Positions 1 through 12,785 of a stretch of DNA of 64,000 bases are shown in pieces. Numbering within the stretch: the stretch's first letter is position 1; each line of letters begins with the position of its first letter. The translations under genes were made by a program, and so were the position numbers. The notes beneath the pieces were generated by a model. That model saw nothing but the letters and a program-made list of their open reading frames with translations. It ran no database searches and was not told the DNA's origin. The stretch lies in assembly GCA_964234715.1 (NCBI GenBank), contig OZ174281.1, one strand, 5' to 3'. The DNA is from Podarcis melisellensis. Taxonomy: Eukaryota.

Positions 1-2222
1 GTTCTATAAAGGGAGCTTCTGGAGGCTTTGAATATATCCTTGGATTGCCTCCACTTGTAAAATTTATAAATCCCCACCCCAACCACGGTGACAAAGAAGG
101 CCACTGAGATCAAGATGACAGCAATGATTAAATAGAAAGTCAAGTGCTTCTTTGTTTGGGGTGTAGTGGAGACAGCAGTCAAGTCTGTCAGTGTCTCCCT
201 AGATGTCTCTGCTACATCTACAGCAAGGGTCACTGTGGAGGACAAGGCAGGCTCCCCATTGTCTTTTATTAAGATGAGCAATGTTTGCTTGCGAGAATCT
301 TCTTCTTGCAGAGAACGAGCTGTACTTATCTCCCCAGAATGCAGCCCCACAGTGAACAGCCCTGGGTCAGTGACCTGAAGGAAGGAATACGAGAGCCAGG
401 CATTGTAACCAGAATCTGCATCCCAGGCCACAATTTTTGTGACCATGTAACCAGGGCTGACTGTGGGTGAGATGACTTCTGAGAGCGAAGAACTGTTGTT
501 TGAGTTTGGGTATAAGAGCCTGGGTGCATTGTCATTCTGATCCGTGACAAAAACATTGACAGTGATGTTAGTGGCGAGAGGCGGGAGGCCGGCATCACGA
601 ACCTGGACCACTAGCCTGAACTCCATGGTGCCCTCATGGTCCAAGGGGACTAGGACATATATACTGCCATTTTCCCGATTAATAGAAAAATACCTGCCCG
701 CCAAGTCTCCCGAGGACATGGGACTATCCAGGATGGAGTAGGAAAGGTGGGAATTCCGGTTCAGATCTGGGTCAGAGGCACTGATGTTAAAGATCAGGGT
801 CCCTGGAAGGTTGTTTTCCTCCACGTACACATCATAGGAGGATTGTGGAAATTTAGGAGGGTTGTCATTTACATCAGACACTTTAACCAGTATTTGCTTT
901 TCTGCCATGAGTGAAGGTGTGCCTGCATCCTGAGCTGTGATGGTGATGTTGTACTCAGAGACAAGTTCCCTGTCCAAGGGTCCTTTGGTCTGTAAGGTAT
1001 AATAATTTTTAAGGGAAGAGCTGAGGGCAAAAGGGATCCCAGAAGGTATAAAGCAATTTACTAAGCCATTATCACCAGAGTCCTGATCCGTGACACTCAG
1101 CAACGCAATCACAGTCCCTGGAGCCGCGTCTTCTGGTATTGGGCTGTACACCGACGTCACTGTTATTTCTGGGGTGTTGTCGTTCACATCCACAATCTCT
1201 ACCAGCACTTTGCAATGAGCGACACCAGGATTCGAACCCTTATCTTTTGCCTGGATATAAATCTCATAAAATTTGGCTTCTTCAAAATCCAGCAACCCCT
1301 TCAGCCTCAGTTCTCCAGTGGCAGAGTCTAGGGCAAAGAGCTGTCGGATTCTGGCAGGGGTGTGACTGCTGAAAGAGTACACAATCTCCCCATTGGGGCC
1401 TTCGTCCAGGTCGAAGGCTCTGGTTTGGACAACCAGGGTGTTCAAGGGTGTGTCTTCTTTCACGCTGGCTCTGTAGATGGACTGGTTGAAGACAGGGGCG
1501 TTGTCATTTGCATCCAGGACGTCAACCAGCACCTGCAAGCTGGCCGATCGGGGTGGGGTCCCTCCATCCATCGCCGTGAGAACCAGCTGCACTTCCCGCT
1601 GCTGCTCCCGGTCCAGCTCTTTCTCCAGCACCAGCTCCGCATACTTCGTCCCGTCGCCTCGCGTCTGCACGTCCAGCACGAAGTGCGGGTTGGCGCTGAG
1701 CTGGTAGGTCTGCAGAGAGTTGCTTCCCACGTCGGGGTCCTGCGCGCTCTCCAAGGGGAAACGCGCCCCGGGGGTCACCGACTCGCTGATCTCCAGCTTC
1801 ATCTGCTTGCTCTGGAAAGCCGGGTCGTTGTCGTTGACGTCCTGGATCTCCACGGTCACGCCGTACAGCACCAGCGGGCTCTCGGCCACCACCTCCAGGC
1901 TGAGCGCGCACGGCGAGAGGGCCCCGCAAAGTTCCTCGCGGTCGATGCGCTCGCTCACCAGCAACTTCCCGCTGCCCAGGTCCACCTCGAAGTACTTTCG
2001 TCCGCCGCCCGACACCACGCGGAGGTTCCTCGCGGGCAGCTGGGCGAGATCCAGGCCCAGGTCGCCCACCACGTTGCCCACCGAAGAGCCCCTGGGCATC
2101 TCCTCGGGGATGGCGTAGCGCGTGGCGGCGAGCGCCCGCTCCGAGACGCCCAGCCACAGCCAGAAGCCCACGACGGGCAGCCATCGCGCTCTCGGCCGGC
2201 TCCTTCCCGCGGCGCCTCTCAT
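1..2222 (-). CDS. PCDHGC3: Protocadherin gamma-C3 variable exon (signal peptide, EC1-EC6, TM, start of cytoplasmic domain); 3' end lies beyond the window start
   Basis: Missing from the ORF track because no stop lies in the window. Manual translation from ATG 2222: MRGAAGRSRPRARWLPVVGFWLWLGVSERALAATRYAIPEE...DVNDN...KKHLTFYLIIAVILISVAFFVTVVGVGIYKFYKWRQSKDIFKASRSSLYR. The juxtamembrane sequence resembles mammalian gamma-C3 (KKNLTFYL...YKWKQSRDLYRAPVSSLYR). It is the first C-type exon after the A/B array and has a CSE. Confidence 0.92.
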   Translation of the reverse strand, partial: MRGAAGRSRPRARWLPVVGFWLWLGVSERALAATRYAIPEEMPRGSSVGNVVGDLGLDLAQLPARNLRVVSGGGRKYFEVDLGSGKLLVSERIDREELCGALSPCALSLEVVAESPLVLYGVTVEIQDVNDNDPAFQSKQMKLEISESVTPGARFPLESAQDPDVGSNSLQTYQLSANPHFVLDVQTRGDGTKYAELVLEKELDREQQREVQLVLTAMDGGTPPRSASLQVLVDVLDANDNAPVFNQSIYRASVKEDTPLNTLVVQTRAFDLDEGPNGEIVYSFSSHTPARIRQLFALDSATGELRLKGLLDFEEAKFYEIYIQAKDKGSNPGVAHCKVLVEIVDVNDNTPEITVTSVYSPIPEDAAPGTVIALLSVTDQDSGDNGLVNCFIPSGIPFALSSSLKNYYTLQTKGPLDRELVSEYNITITAQDAGTPSLMAEKQILVKVSDVNDNPPKFPQSSYDVYVEENNLPGTLIFNISASDPDLNRNSHLSYSILDSPMSSGDLAGRYFSINRENGSIYVLVPLDHEGTMEFRLVVQVRDAGLPPLATNITVNVFVTDQNDNAPRLLYPNSNNSSSLSEVISPTVSPGYMVTKIVAWDADSGYNAWLSYSFLQVTDPGLFTVGLHSGEISTARSLQEEDSRKQTLLILIKDNGEPALSSTVTLAVDVAETSRETLTDLTAVSTTPQTKKHLTFYLIIAVILISVAFFVTVVGVGIYKFYKWRQSKDIFKASRSSLYR

Positions 2223-2900
2223 CTCCCGGCCTCGCAAAGTTTCTTTCTTTCTGCGGGAGCGGCGGGGAGGTCCCTCTAAAAGTTTTCAGCCGTCCCTTCC
2301 ATGCGGCCGCCACCCTGCCCGGTCCAGGCTCGCCTCGCGCGGACTTTGGGGGTCGGGCATCGCTCGGCGGCGCGGCGCTCCGGCGGCGGGACTGCGCTCC
2401 GTCTGTTGCTGGCGCTCAACTCGCGGCGGCGGCGGCGGCGGCGTCCCACTTCGCGCTGCTTCGCCGCCAGCATCGCCGGGTCAACAGCGGCGCGCAGAGT
2501 CGCGACCATTAACTGCAGGAGAGGCCGCTCCCGCTCCGCCTCCCCGGCTCGCCGCCGGGACTCCGAGGCACGAGGCGCACGGCTCCATCCAAGCCGGGCC
2601 GGCCGGGGCCGGTGGACTTCTTTTTCGGGGGGGGGCGGGGGTGTTCCTCGGTCAAAGGCTTGTGGAGGCTGCCCCCTAGGCTGCACAGCCCTCCCCGCTC
2701 TGCCGCCGCGAGAAGGAGCGAAGGGAAGCGCGGACCAAGGAGGCAGCAAGGGCTCATTGTTCTCGCTGGGGAGCGTGGAGGAAGGGCTGGACCCCGGACG
2801 CTTCCCAGGGATCGGGAGAGAGATGCCCGCCTGCCTCCGCTGCCTCCGCCTCTGGCTCCCTCGCTTACGCTCTCCCGGCCTGGCGGCTCTGTGGGGCAGC
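1480..2900. promoter_or_regulatory. CpG island over the PCDHGC3 promoter and 5' exon, with (GGC)n at ~2423-2443 and a GC box at ~2627-2641
   Basis: Visibly very high GC and CpG density compared with the flanks. Confidence 0.85.
2478..2517 (-). promoter_or_regulatory. CSE (CTCF-binding conserved sequence element) of PCDHGC3
   Basis: Minus strand TGCAGTTAATGGTCGCGACTCTGCGCGCCGCTGTTGACCC: TGCAG upstream module plus CGCT box, ~255 bp upstream of the ATG. Confidence 0.8.
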
Positions 2901-4042
2901 CCAGTGCTCCCCATGCACGGCAATGTTCAGGGAGAACCCGCAAGCCCCCCAAGGCGGTGTAAGCTTCCCCTCTCCCTCTGCTCCCCAATCTGCTGCCCAA
3001 AGGGAAAGGGGTGAGCAGGAAGATAGCAGGTTATTGTATTATGATTTTGTTACAGGACTTTCTATACGAACCTTCATCGGAACCCCCCAGGATAGTTTGT
3101 GTGTGCGTGTGCATGGATTAAAATGCAGACAATATACAGCAGAACAGTAATAAAAGCCAACGATCTTATGCAAGCAAGCAAAGAATCCACAGGGCTAAAA
3201 TCAGCTCTAAAAGGGCTGGGGAAATGGAAAAGTCTACCTGGCGCTGGAAGGATGACAAAATACGTACCAAGTGGACCCCTCTACAGATTGCACTTTACAA
3301 CTGAGGCACCACCACTGAGAAGGCCCTTTCTTTGGGGAGCAGCTGCCTTGTCTAAGTTTGTGGGGCTGCCCCCAGAAGTTGTTCTGTTGAAGTTCTGAAT
3401 GTTTAGGCCAACATAGAAAGTATCCTGGGTCCTAAGCTGGAAAAGGCTTTAAAAGTGAAAGCCAGCACTTGGGCTCAGAAATTGGGAGCCAATGCAGCTG
3501 GCATATAGCATCACTGTTACATTATCCTAAAAAGCCTACCTCAGTTGCATTCTGCAACTCCAGCAGCTGCATTCTGAACTCGCAGCAATTTCCAAGCCAT
3601 ATTTGAGAGGCAACCCCACAGAGAGTGTATCACAGTAGTCTAACCTGGTACAGCATAATCAGTCACAAGACACGGCACACACACACCATTTCAATGACAA
3701 TGCCTTTGAGGGGCCCAGTCCCCTCAAATATTTTAGGGGAGACTAAGGGACCTCAGTCCCTAGGAGTTGGCTCCTATGAACCTGGAAGTTATCAGAGTAC
3801 AGATCACTGATGTTAAGCTAAACTTACAATTGCTGCTTGCTCTCAGCTCCCTGCTACACTGGGGAGAGACAGAAGGTGAGGGGACCTGGGGAAGTAGTGT
3901 CTGCTCCCCTCACTTGCCTTTGCAGTGGGGTTTCACTCCACAGGGAGAGCGCAGGCAAAGCACAGAAGCAACCATTACCCTGCACCAAAGCTTGCTTAGC
4001 TCTCTCTCTCTCCTAGGAGTATGGCAAGAAGGTTTAGGCCAG

Positions 4043-4183
4043 CAGTAGCCTAGCGTGGGGGGTGCAGGGGGGCCCGGCCACACCAGGCGCAACATCTGGC
4101 GGTTAGGGGGCGCAAATCCACGTGTTAGGGGGTGCAAATTACTTGCCTTGCCCCGGGTGCTGACAACCCACGCTACGCCACTG
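4043..4183. mobile_element. Non-autonomous hAT MITE
   Basis: Termini CAGTAGCCTAGCGTGGG / CCCACGCTACGCCACTG; 8-bp TSD TAGGCCAG at 4035-4042 and 4184-4191. Confidence 0.85.
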
Positions 4184-4472
4184 TAGGCCAGTAATAATCA
4201 CAAGGAGAAGCCACTGCTGCTTCAGTTTGCTCACCTGCAAGCCCCACCCTAGAAGAGAATGAGCGGGATCCAGGGCATGAGACAGTCTGAAGAAGTCACC
4301 TCAGGTGGTGGAATCCCTGCAGAGATGCCCCCCCCCCCGTTGCCACCAGAGTAGTGAGGAGAAGTGGCGGCAGTGTCTTCCAAGTTCCAGTGAGGTATCG
4401 CAAGAGCCCACAGAGGCCTCCGGAGGCCTTCTCACTAGAACAGTGCCAGATTAGGGGAGTGCAAGCAGTTCT

Positions 4473-4608
4473 NNNNNNNNNNNNNNNNNNNNNNNNNNNN
4501 NNNNNNNNNNNNNNNNNNNNNNNNNNNNNNNNNNNNNNNNNNNNNNNNNNNNNNNNNNNNNNNNNNNNNNNNNNNNNNNNNNNNNNNNNNNNNNNNNNNN
4601 NNNNNNNN
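4473..4608. other. Assembly gap (N run)
   Basis: Run of n. Confidence 0.99.
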
Positions 4609-5280
4609 CTACTAAGAAGATAAGTAAAAAATACAAAAAGGAATTATTGTGAAGATAAGAAATATTTTTTTCTTGGGTGTGGGGTGGGGAGACACACACA
4701 AAATTTTGTACTTGCTCAGGGCACCATATTATCAAAGTCCACCCCTGGCTGGAACCCAGAAGCCACAGCTACACGACCCCATAAGTGAGCCTTGGGTGGG
4801 GGCAGCAGGTGGCACATATGTAGGGGCAAAATGAGATGGGCCCCCTCTGGTGCTTGCATACCCTTCCTCTTGATCTAGATGGCACAGTGGGGAGGATTGG
4901 CTCCAATCTCCAGCATTGCACCATCCCACAGAATGCAGGGGAGATAATGAGAGGAAGAGGAGGCTACTTCTGATATGAGCAACCACTTGCACATTTCTGC
5001 TCTGAGTTTGGACACTGTGAAGACTGGGGCAGCCAAGCTGCAGCAGCTAGAGACTGCAAGTAGTCACAGAGCCGTCCTTCTCAGACAAGGGGGATCAGAA
5101 CAGCCAAGTCTCAGGATACTTCCTTTTCTTTCTCTGTGTTGCTGATAGAACAAGTAGCTTCAGTCTAGGTTTGTGACTATGGGACAGGAATAGTAGTTAT
5201 TCCAGATGAAATAACCTGAAGTAAAAAAGATGCAAATTTTGTGTTATATAATGCAAACCATTAAACAGTGTTGGGAGGTA

Positions 5281-5506
5281 CAGTGGTACCTCGGGTTAAG
5301 AACTTAATTCGTTCTGGAGGTCCGTTCTTAACCTGAAACTGTTCTTAACCTGAAGCACCACTTTAGCTAATGGGGCCTCCTGCTGCTGTCGTGCCCCAGG
5401 AGCACGATTTATGTTATCATCCTGAAGCAAAGTTCTTAACCTGAAGCACTATTTCTGGGTTAGCGGAGGCTGTAACCTGAAGCGTCTGTAACCCGAGGTA
5501 CCACTG
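5281..5506. mobile_element. Tc1/mariner (Tigger/pogo-like) MITE
   Basis: TIRs CAGTGGTACCTCGGGTTA / TAACCCGAGGTACCACTG, TA TSD; second copy at 27657-27898. Confidence 0.88.
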
Positions 5507-5947
5507 TACACTGATGTATAATGTTTACCAACAATTTCTAGGATGGAGCAGTGCTTAAGCTGAGCCCTTCCCTTCTTCAGCTGCAGCTAAATCATAGATT
5601 TACCCTTCAAGGGGTTGAGCAACAGTCTTGAAGCATTGCTCTTGCCCCTGCTTGCTCCTACCTGCTCACTCCTGCATCTCTACCCACCCTGTTCAACTGG
5701 CCAGCGCTCAAGGCAACTGATCACCTACCTATCCTGCTTCCCTGCCAATGGGAGTTCTTAGCAGCTGGTATTGGAAACATTTTACACATCCCATTTATGA
5801 TCACAGGTAGCTGTTTCCATTATGCAACAGTAGCCTATCAGTTAAACAATTGCTGGAATATGTAAAACTAGCTGACAGTGTATCAGACCATTAGCCCATC
5901 ATTGACTACTCCAAAAGGCAAATCTAAGACCTCGGGAGGACATCTTT

Positions 5948-6030
5948 CATAGAATCATAGAATCAAAGAATTGTAGAGCTGGAAGGGACCCAAATGGTCA
6001 TCTAGTCCAACCCCCTGCAAAGCAGGAGCC
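5948..6030 (-). mobile_element. CR1 LINE 3' end fragment
   Basis: (CATAGAAT)n terminal repeat followed by the same 3' UTR as at 10515. Confidence 0.7.
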
Positions 6031-7924
6031 ACAATAATCTCTTTAGCTGGCAGTGGGAGGAATAGGAATGGAGGACCTTCCATATAAAAAGTACCAAAGA
6101 CCCCATATTTCTTCCTATCCACCAGCAGGAAAACCAGGAAAGTTGGACTTTGGTCAGATGAAATGTCTGTTCAGGGATGCTTTTTATAGCCTCAAAGAAA
6201 GCAAGTTTGTACTTGCTTAATGCGATACTCTTCCAAATCCCACTTTAACAGAATTTCCCACCAAAGGCCTAGCTTCTAAAGAACAAAATTAAATGGCCAG
6301 AAAATGGCATGGGCGTTAATGCCAATGCTAAATACAGGAATGGAGATGCTTCTTCATAAACATTAATAGCGCAGAAAATGGAGCTGAAAGACAGATTATT
6401 TGAAGTGCAGCAATTTCATAAGGCACACCGAAGGATGGACAGTTCAAAGATATAAAGTCTGAAAATCAACTGAGGCTGCACCATGTTAATGGTGTAAAAG
6501 AGCGTGTGTCTGTGGGCATTCCACACCACACTGGACAGTACCAGAATGACTGTTATTTTCACATCTTCTCCCTTTTAAAACATTCTCTCACTCTCTTCTT
6601 CTGCTTTAAACAACAAACAAAAAAGCGTCCACCTTCTGACCCAAATAAGAACCCCCAAGGTGGCATACACTTACAATGATGAAATGTACACCCAGGATAA
6701 TACAACAGAGAGCACACAGAAAGCACGTGAAAAGAACAGAATGGTGCAGCAGGGGGTAAATATTCAGCACAGAGGAAATGTGAATGCTAACAGCTCAGCT
6801 ATCCAAGTTCCATGACAAGCCAAAAATGTTACTTTCCCCCCACAAGGCCACTAGATAAGACTTTTTGCAGCGGATGTGCTTCTTTGTATCCCAGCCTGTT
6901 GATTCTGAATTGAAGGTCAACAACAATGGAAAAAATTAGCAAGCAATAGTGATAGCATATGACTAGCCAAACTGAGCATTCAATGGGAGATCTGTGATTG
7001 GATCTCCCCATACACTTTGCTTTTCCTTGTTTGGATCAGTGCTACAGAATGGGAGCAAGACCTAAAAATCTTTATTGTGGCCTTATGGCTCTACTCAAAC
7101 TTGCCTTCCTGGAACTGCTGTATTATGACAGCATGCTTTCCCCCCCTTTGGTTTCTGGCAGCTTGGCTACTGGCCCTGATCCAAATGTCCCCACCCCACC
7201 CCTGCTGACCTAGGCCAGTAAATTTATTGGTGAGAACCAGTCACACTCCTATCACACTGCGAGCAAACGCTAAGCATCTGATTCCCATCACCACTGCAGT
7301 GAGTTCTATGCAGGCCTAGCCTTAAAGCCACAGCAGAACTATGTGGCTTGTCACCTGAAAAGGAATGAGGCCCTTCAGTTCTGTCTCAGTTGCCCTAGGC
7401 ACTGTTTGCTTGCAAGATAAATGCTAGGTCTTTTCTTTAAAGCACCACTGTGGGGCACCTATACTATTGAACCCCTTACCAAGGAAGTCCACATGCCACC
7501 TTCATGAGTGCCCCATATATATTTGTTCTAAAAGGCCTTTGTTGGCAGCTGGCACTGCAGTTTGGGTTAGCAGCCTTAATGCCACGCACACTCTCTGCTT
7601 TTATTGGCCATTGCTCTTACTTTTGCATTGTTTTTATGACTATGCTTATTGCAGGAGCTGTGGCTTATGCTGAGGGGTTTTATTGTCAGCATTATGACAG
7701 GTTGCTGCTGCCGCTGTGATTTGGATTATTTATTCTATTTTTTTGGTGCTGTTTTCATGTTGTAAATTACTAATGTAAGAACAACAACAATTCCAACCAG
7801 TGCTGCTCACAAACCTTTGAACTGAGCCAAATTTTTCATCAGGCTACTTTTTATGTTTCTGAATGAGGCACATAGTGTTGATCTCTGACTGCAATTTATT
7901 TCAGTCTTAATTGAGAAATAGAGG

Positions 7925-7925
<1 letters not shown>

Positions 7926-7971
<46 letters not shown>
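7926..7971. repeat. (TG)n microsatellite
   Basis: Direct reading. Confidence 0.97.
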
Positions 7972-7975
<4 letters not shown>

Positions 7976-8148
7976 ACAGTCTTGAATGGACCTTTGCCTT
8001 GTGCAAATGTATCAGGTTGCATAGAAGGCAAAGAAGTAACGGAGGAACACCTACTGAAAATATAACAAGTTGCTAGCCGTGTAGGAAATTTATAGCAGGA
8101 AAACACCACAGGCTAAAATATCTTTCCATATTCTATGGGTCATTAGAC

Positions 8149-9583
8149 CAGTGTTTCCCAACCTTTTTTGGGCAAAGGCACACTTGTTTCATGAAAAAAA
8201 TCTCGAGGCACACCACCATTACAGCCCCGTGACGTCAGCGCGCAGCGTCACGCCGGGAGGGACATGAATTGCTAGCAAATTACATAATCACCTCCTTGAG
8301 GGCTGGCTCATCTTCTCCGAAGGCAGAACCCCATTAATTAACAGCACAGACTCACACCATAGCCAAGACGAGGGGGGAAAACCTCAGTCATGCACAGTCA
8401 TGCACATGTGGGGGCTAAATGAGGACGAAGACCGGGCAGAGAGGAGGGTTCAAATCACCCCACCTGGCCAGGACAATCCCTGGGTGCTCCCTTGGGCCAC
8501 TCGCCTGACCCACCTCGCAGGGCTGTTGTTGCGAGGATAACACGGGGAGAACCACGCGCACCCCCGGGAGCTCCTTGGAGGAGAAAGCGGGCGATGAATG
8601 CAATGCACGAAATATATGAGAGGTGACCAGGTTTTGCAGGTGAGGGGCCCCCGCCAGCCTCCGCTTCCAACACCCGGCGCAACGACGCCGAAGTTTCCCC
8701 CCGGGCTCGGCTCGGGGAGCACCGGTGCTCCCCCCGCGGCTCCCCTTCGCCCTCCCGGCTCTCTCTGCCGCCCACTGGGCACCCCCCTCACCTGCCAAGT
8801 CCGGAGCGCCGGTGGAAGTTGCATGCATGCATGCAGGGCGCCGCGTTGCCATTGCATTGCACTGCACTCCATGCAACGCCTGCACGCATGCATTGCCTTG
8901 CACGCCTGCCAAGGGGTCTCCCCGCGGTCCGATGCGTCCCCTCCGGCGCGGATGCAGCATTGCAAAAATAAAAAAACCCCGACGCAGCCCTACCTGGGGA
9001 GCAGCCTCCGCCTCCACCGCTCCGCCTCCGCGGGGATCCCCGGGCTCCATCCTGCCGCCCGATCTCCGGAGGGCGCAGGCAGGCTGTGCGGGGTCTGCGC
9101 GGAAGAGCCCCTGCCCGCCCGGCTGCCGCCGCTGCGCTCATTCCATGGCCGGGAGAAGAGCGCTTCAAATAAAACGCCCGGCCCGCCAGGCCACGCTGGG
9201 AAACGTAGTTTGCGCACCCCGCGCGGGCGCGGAGCCCAAGGACAAGGGGACTATGGATCCCGGCAGCCCCCGCGCCGGGGACAGAGGAGGAGAGGCCGGG
9301 TGCAGGGATGGAGGGACGGGTGGGCGAGCGAGTGAGTGAGTGGCAGCCGCCAAGCCTTGGCCGAGAGCCAGGAAGGGCCTCCCCGGAGGAGGAGGAGGAG
9401 GAGGAGGGAGGCGCAGAGCGGGAGGGAGGGAGGGAACCCCAGGGGTCATCTAGTGACGGCGCCCCAATCGAAAATTTGACTTTTTAAAAAAAAATCTTTC
9501 AATTTTTAAATTTTTCCCGCGGCACACCAGGCAACATCTCGCGGCACACTAGTGTGCCGCGGAACAGTGGTTGGGAAACACTG
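8149..9583. mobile_element. Young non-autonomous hAT element, 1435 bp, CpG-rich
   Basis: Perfect 15-bp TIRs CAGTGTTTCCCAACC / GGTTGGGAAACACTG; perfect 8-bp TSD CATTAGAC (8141-8148, 9584-9591); no recognisable transposase ORF. Confidence 0.9.
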
Positions 9584-10512
9584 CATTAGACTAAAATCAG
9601 TCATGTTAAAAGGTCTGTGTGGGTGTGCAGCAAATATCCTTTGGAAACACATGCTTGAGGAATATCCCAAATCTGATGCAACCATGCAAATCTATTCATG
9701 ATTAGCTCTTGACTTCTTACCTAGTCTCTCTGGATTGTGTGTGAGAGAGCCTCCTGGGTGACAAGCAAGCTTCTACCTATGTACAGCTTCTCCCTGATAT
9801 ATGCAGCTGGTAGCAGGGAGGAGCGCACTATTTTCTGCACTGCAAGGGATCTTTGCATTTGCTTTTTCCTATGGAGACACAAGTCCCACATCAGCACTCA
9901 CAAATGACATTTCTTTCATAATTTAAAGTGGATTTTCATTGTCTTCTTTCTAAAAATAGTGTCAATCATATCCATTTTATTAATATTTTTTTGATTTATG
10001 AACAGCTTTTTTGTCACACAGAGGCAAATTTTAACAACCTCAAGATTATTTAGAAGGAAATGATAAAACCAAAATTGTGAACAAATTCTAAAGACACTGT
10101 AAAATGCAGTAGAAGCAGTCTTAGAAAAAATTAAGCACTATGGATGGGAGAGGTAAGCATATGTTTAATCTCTCCGACTGAGGTCAAAATAAGGTTGTCT
10201 CTGTAGCCTTATCTGTCAGGTTTTCCTGGATTCTACACATGCCACCCATTGTCTGTTTGAACCCTTAACTGGCCATGTTCCCCAGATTTCAATTTAAAAT
10301 AAAGAAACAAGTCTCTAGTCCTCATTGAATGGGGCTCTGGCTCTGGCTTGGGTGGCTTGGGCTCTGCGGTGGCAGAGAGGCTATCAGGCGATTGCCCTAA
10401 AAAAGCTCAACAACGTTTTGTGTCCGGATTTTTACCTCTTGAAATATGGCAACCCCACTATACAACCTTTAGAAGATATCTGAAGGCAGCCCTGCATAGG
10501 GAAGTATTTTTT

Positions 10513-11136
10513 TAGAATCATAGAATCATAGAGTTGAAAGAGACCACAAGGGCCATCGAGTCCAACCCCCTGCCAAGCAGGAAACGCCATCAGAGCACTC
10601 CTGACATATGGTTGTCAAGCCTCTGCTTAAAGACCTCCAAAGAAGGAGACTCCACCACACTCCTTGGCAGCAAATTCCAGTGTCGAACAGCTCTTACTGT
10701 CAGGAAGTTCTTCCTAATGTTTAGGTGGAATCTTCTTTCTTGTAGTTTGGAACCATTGCTCCATGTCCGCTTCTCTGGAGCAGCAGAAAACAACCTTTCT
10801 CCCTCCTCTATGTGACATCTTTTTATATATTTGAACATGGCTATCATATCACCCCTTAACCTCCTTTTCTCCAGGCTAAACATGCCCAGCTCCCTTAGCC
10901 GTTCCTCATAAGGCATCGTTTCCAGGCCTTTGACCATTTTGGTTGCCCTCCTCTGGACACGTTCCAGTTTGTCAGTGTCCTTCTTGAACTGTGGTGCCCA
11001 GAACTGGACACAGTACTCCAGGTGAGGTCTGACCAGAGCAGAATACAGTGGCACTATTACTTCCCTTGATCTAGATGCTATACTCCTATTGATGCAGCCC
11101 AGAATTGCATTGGCTTTTTTAGCTGCTGCGTCACAC
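10513..11136 (-). mobile_element. 5'-truncated CR1 LINE (ORF2 C-terminus plus 3' UTR), apparently nested in an older repeat tail
   Basis: ORF 10590-11285 contains [19 protein letters not shown]...[15 protein letters not shown]...RRLRGDMI, typical of the CR1 RT C-terminus; (ATTCTATG)n tail. Confidence 0.93.
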
Positions 11137-12256
11137 TTATGTTGTATGTTTTTATATATGTTGGAAGCCACCAGAGTTGCTAGGGCAACCCAGTCTACTA
11201 CTACTACTACTATTAAATAGGACGTCCCTATTTTCATCAGAGATATATTGGAGGGTATGACACTAACTTCTCCCCCCCCCCACATGAGACAATAGGGGGA
11301 GTGCTGTGGGAGGGGGGGTGATTTTGATTACAAAAATAATTAGAAGGGAGAATGTTAATCACTCCTTCCTTCTAAGTCTCCTTCTTGCAATCAACTTTTA
11401 GTCCTTTGACCACATTTCCCTAACAAAATAAAATCTTCAGACCAAACCACCATGCAGAGTTTGAGGCTCAGCACATGGTTAAACGTTGCCTTAAAATGAT
11501 GCAGTATATATCATTAATCTCACCACTGTCCTGCCCCATCATTTTCTGCTGATGGTTGGATTGGATTTATAGTCATATACATCCCACACAAAATGCAACT
11601 CAGAGCACAGCAAAAGTCAGTCTGGTTAACAGTCCCCTCACATCCGCTACCAGCCAAAAACCTGTTCATATGAAGTAGTATCCATCACATCCTTTGCCCT
11701 CTTGCCTTTTGTGGGCTAAGACCATAGTTCTTAGGCCCACGATTGACAAAACCTCTCTCAATAGCTTGTATGTGAAGTGCATTGTAGCTAGCTTTAAGTG
11801 GTTAACAGCCGAATAGATTCTGCACAGGCTGTATGTAGAGAAGTACATTGAAATTTACGAAACAGGGCTGTAAGGTTGCAATCCTATGCACATTTACTGT
11901 TGAGAGTAAAATCCGTTGAACTTGAGGGAAAGAAGGACCAAAACAGAGAATGACAACGGCATGTTCATGATTGTTTCTTGTTTACTAAATAACAAGTATA
12001 GGAAAGCCCAATCCAGACTGGGGCTGGGAGAGAGAGAAGAGTCAAGCCTTTGCTCCTGTTGTGGTCCTGATCCAGATCACTGCCCCCAGCAGCTGTTTAC
12101 AAATTGACCACTATTGTGTCTAATTTCACCCTTACTTCCAAGTAAACATGTATAGGATTGGGCTTTTACCAAACTAATGACTACAATAGTTTCAGCATTA
12201 CCCTCACCTGGTGGCTTTTTCAATTTTCTAGTTTGCCTTTATCGCCGACCAAGTTA

Positions 12257-12785
12257 CCGTACTTTTCTGTCTATAAGACGTCCCTTTGTATTAGACACTT
12301 TGTATTAGGACTAAATTTTAAGAAAATGATGGGAGATGGTCCAAAGTTGTTGAGCCTCTCCCCCACGCATCTGTGGGCAGGAAACACTCCCTAGATCATT
12401 CCCCACACGCAATGGCATTGGGTGAATTTGCGCTCCCTCCAGCCATCCAGTTTGCAAGAGAGCAACCTCCCCCAATGCTGCCATGCATGGGAAATGATCC
12501 AGGGAAATGATCCTGTGCGCAGCGGCATCAGGTGAATTTGCGCTCCTGTCAAAGAGCTGGCTGGCGGCACACGGCTTCTTCCCACCCATGCAGCTGTGGG
12601 TAGGAAACACCCCCCAGATTGCTTCCCGCCCGCTGCGGCATCGGGGGAAGCCACGCTCCAGCCCACTGAATGGCTGGCGGCACACTGCCCCCCCCTCCAT
12701 GCCACTATCCATGTATTGGACGACCTCAGTTATTTGAAGTGATTTTTGAGTCAAAAACCCTCGTCCAATACACGGAAAAATACGG
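12257..12785. mobile_element. Tc1/pogo-like non-autonomous DNA transposon
   Basis: Imperfect TIRs CCGTACTTTTCTGTCTATAAGACG / CGTCCAATACACGGAAAAATACGG flanked by TA. Confidence 0.72.

Noticed and set aside
1362-3014. Long GC-rich ORFs (305, 263, 237, 215 aa) around the C3 promoter
   Set aside because: Antisense or off-frame shadows of the PCDHGC3 exon and stop-poor CpG-island sequence
8415-9449. Overlapping 100-245 aa ORFs
   Set aside because: Inside a GC-rich non-autonomous hAT element; low complexity, no transposase motifs
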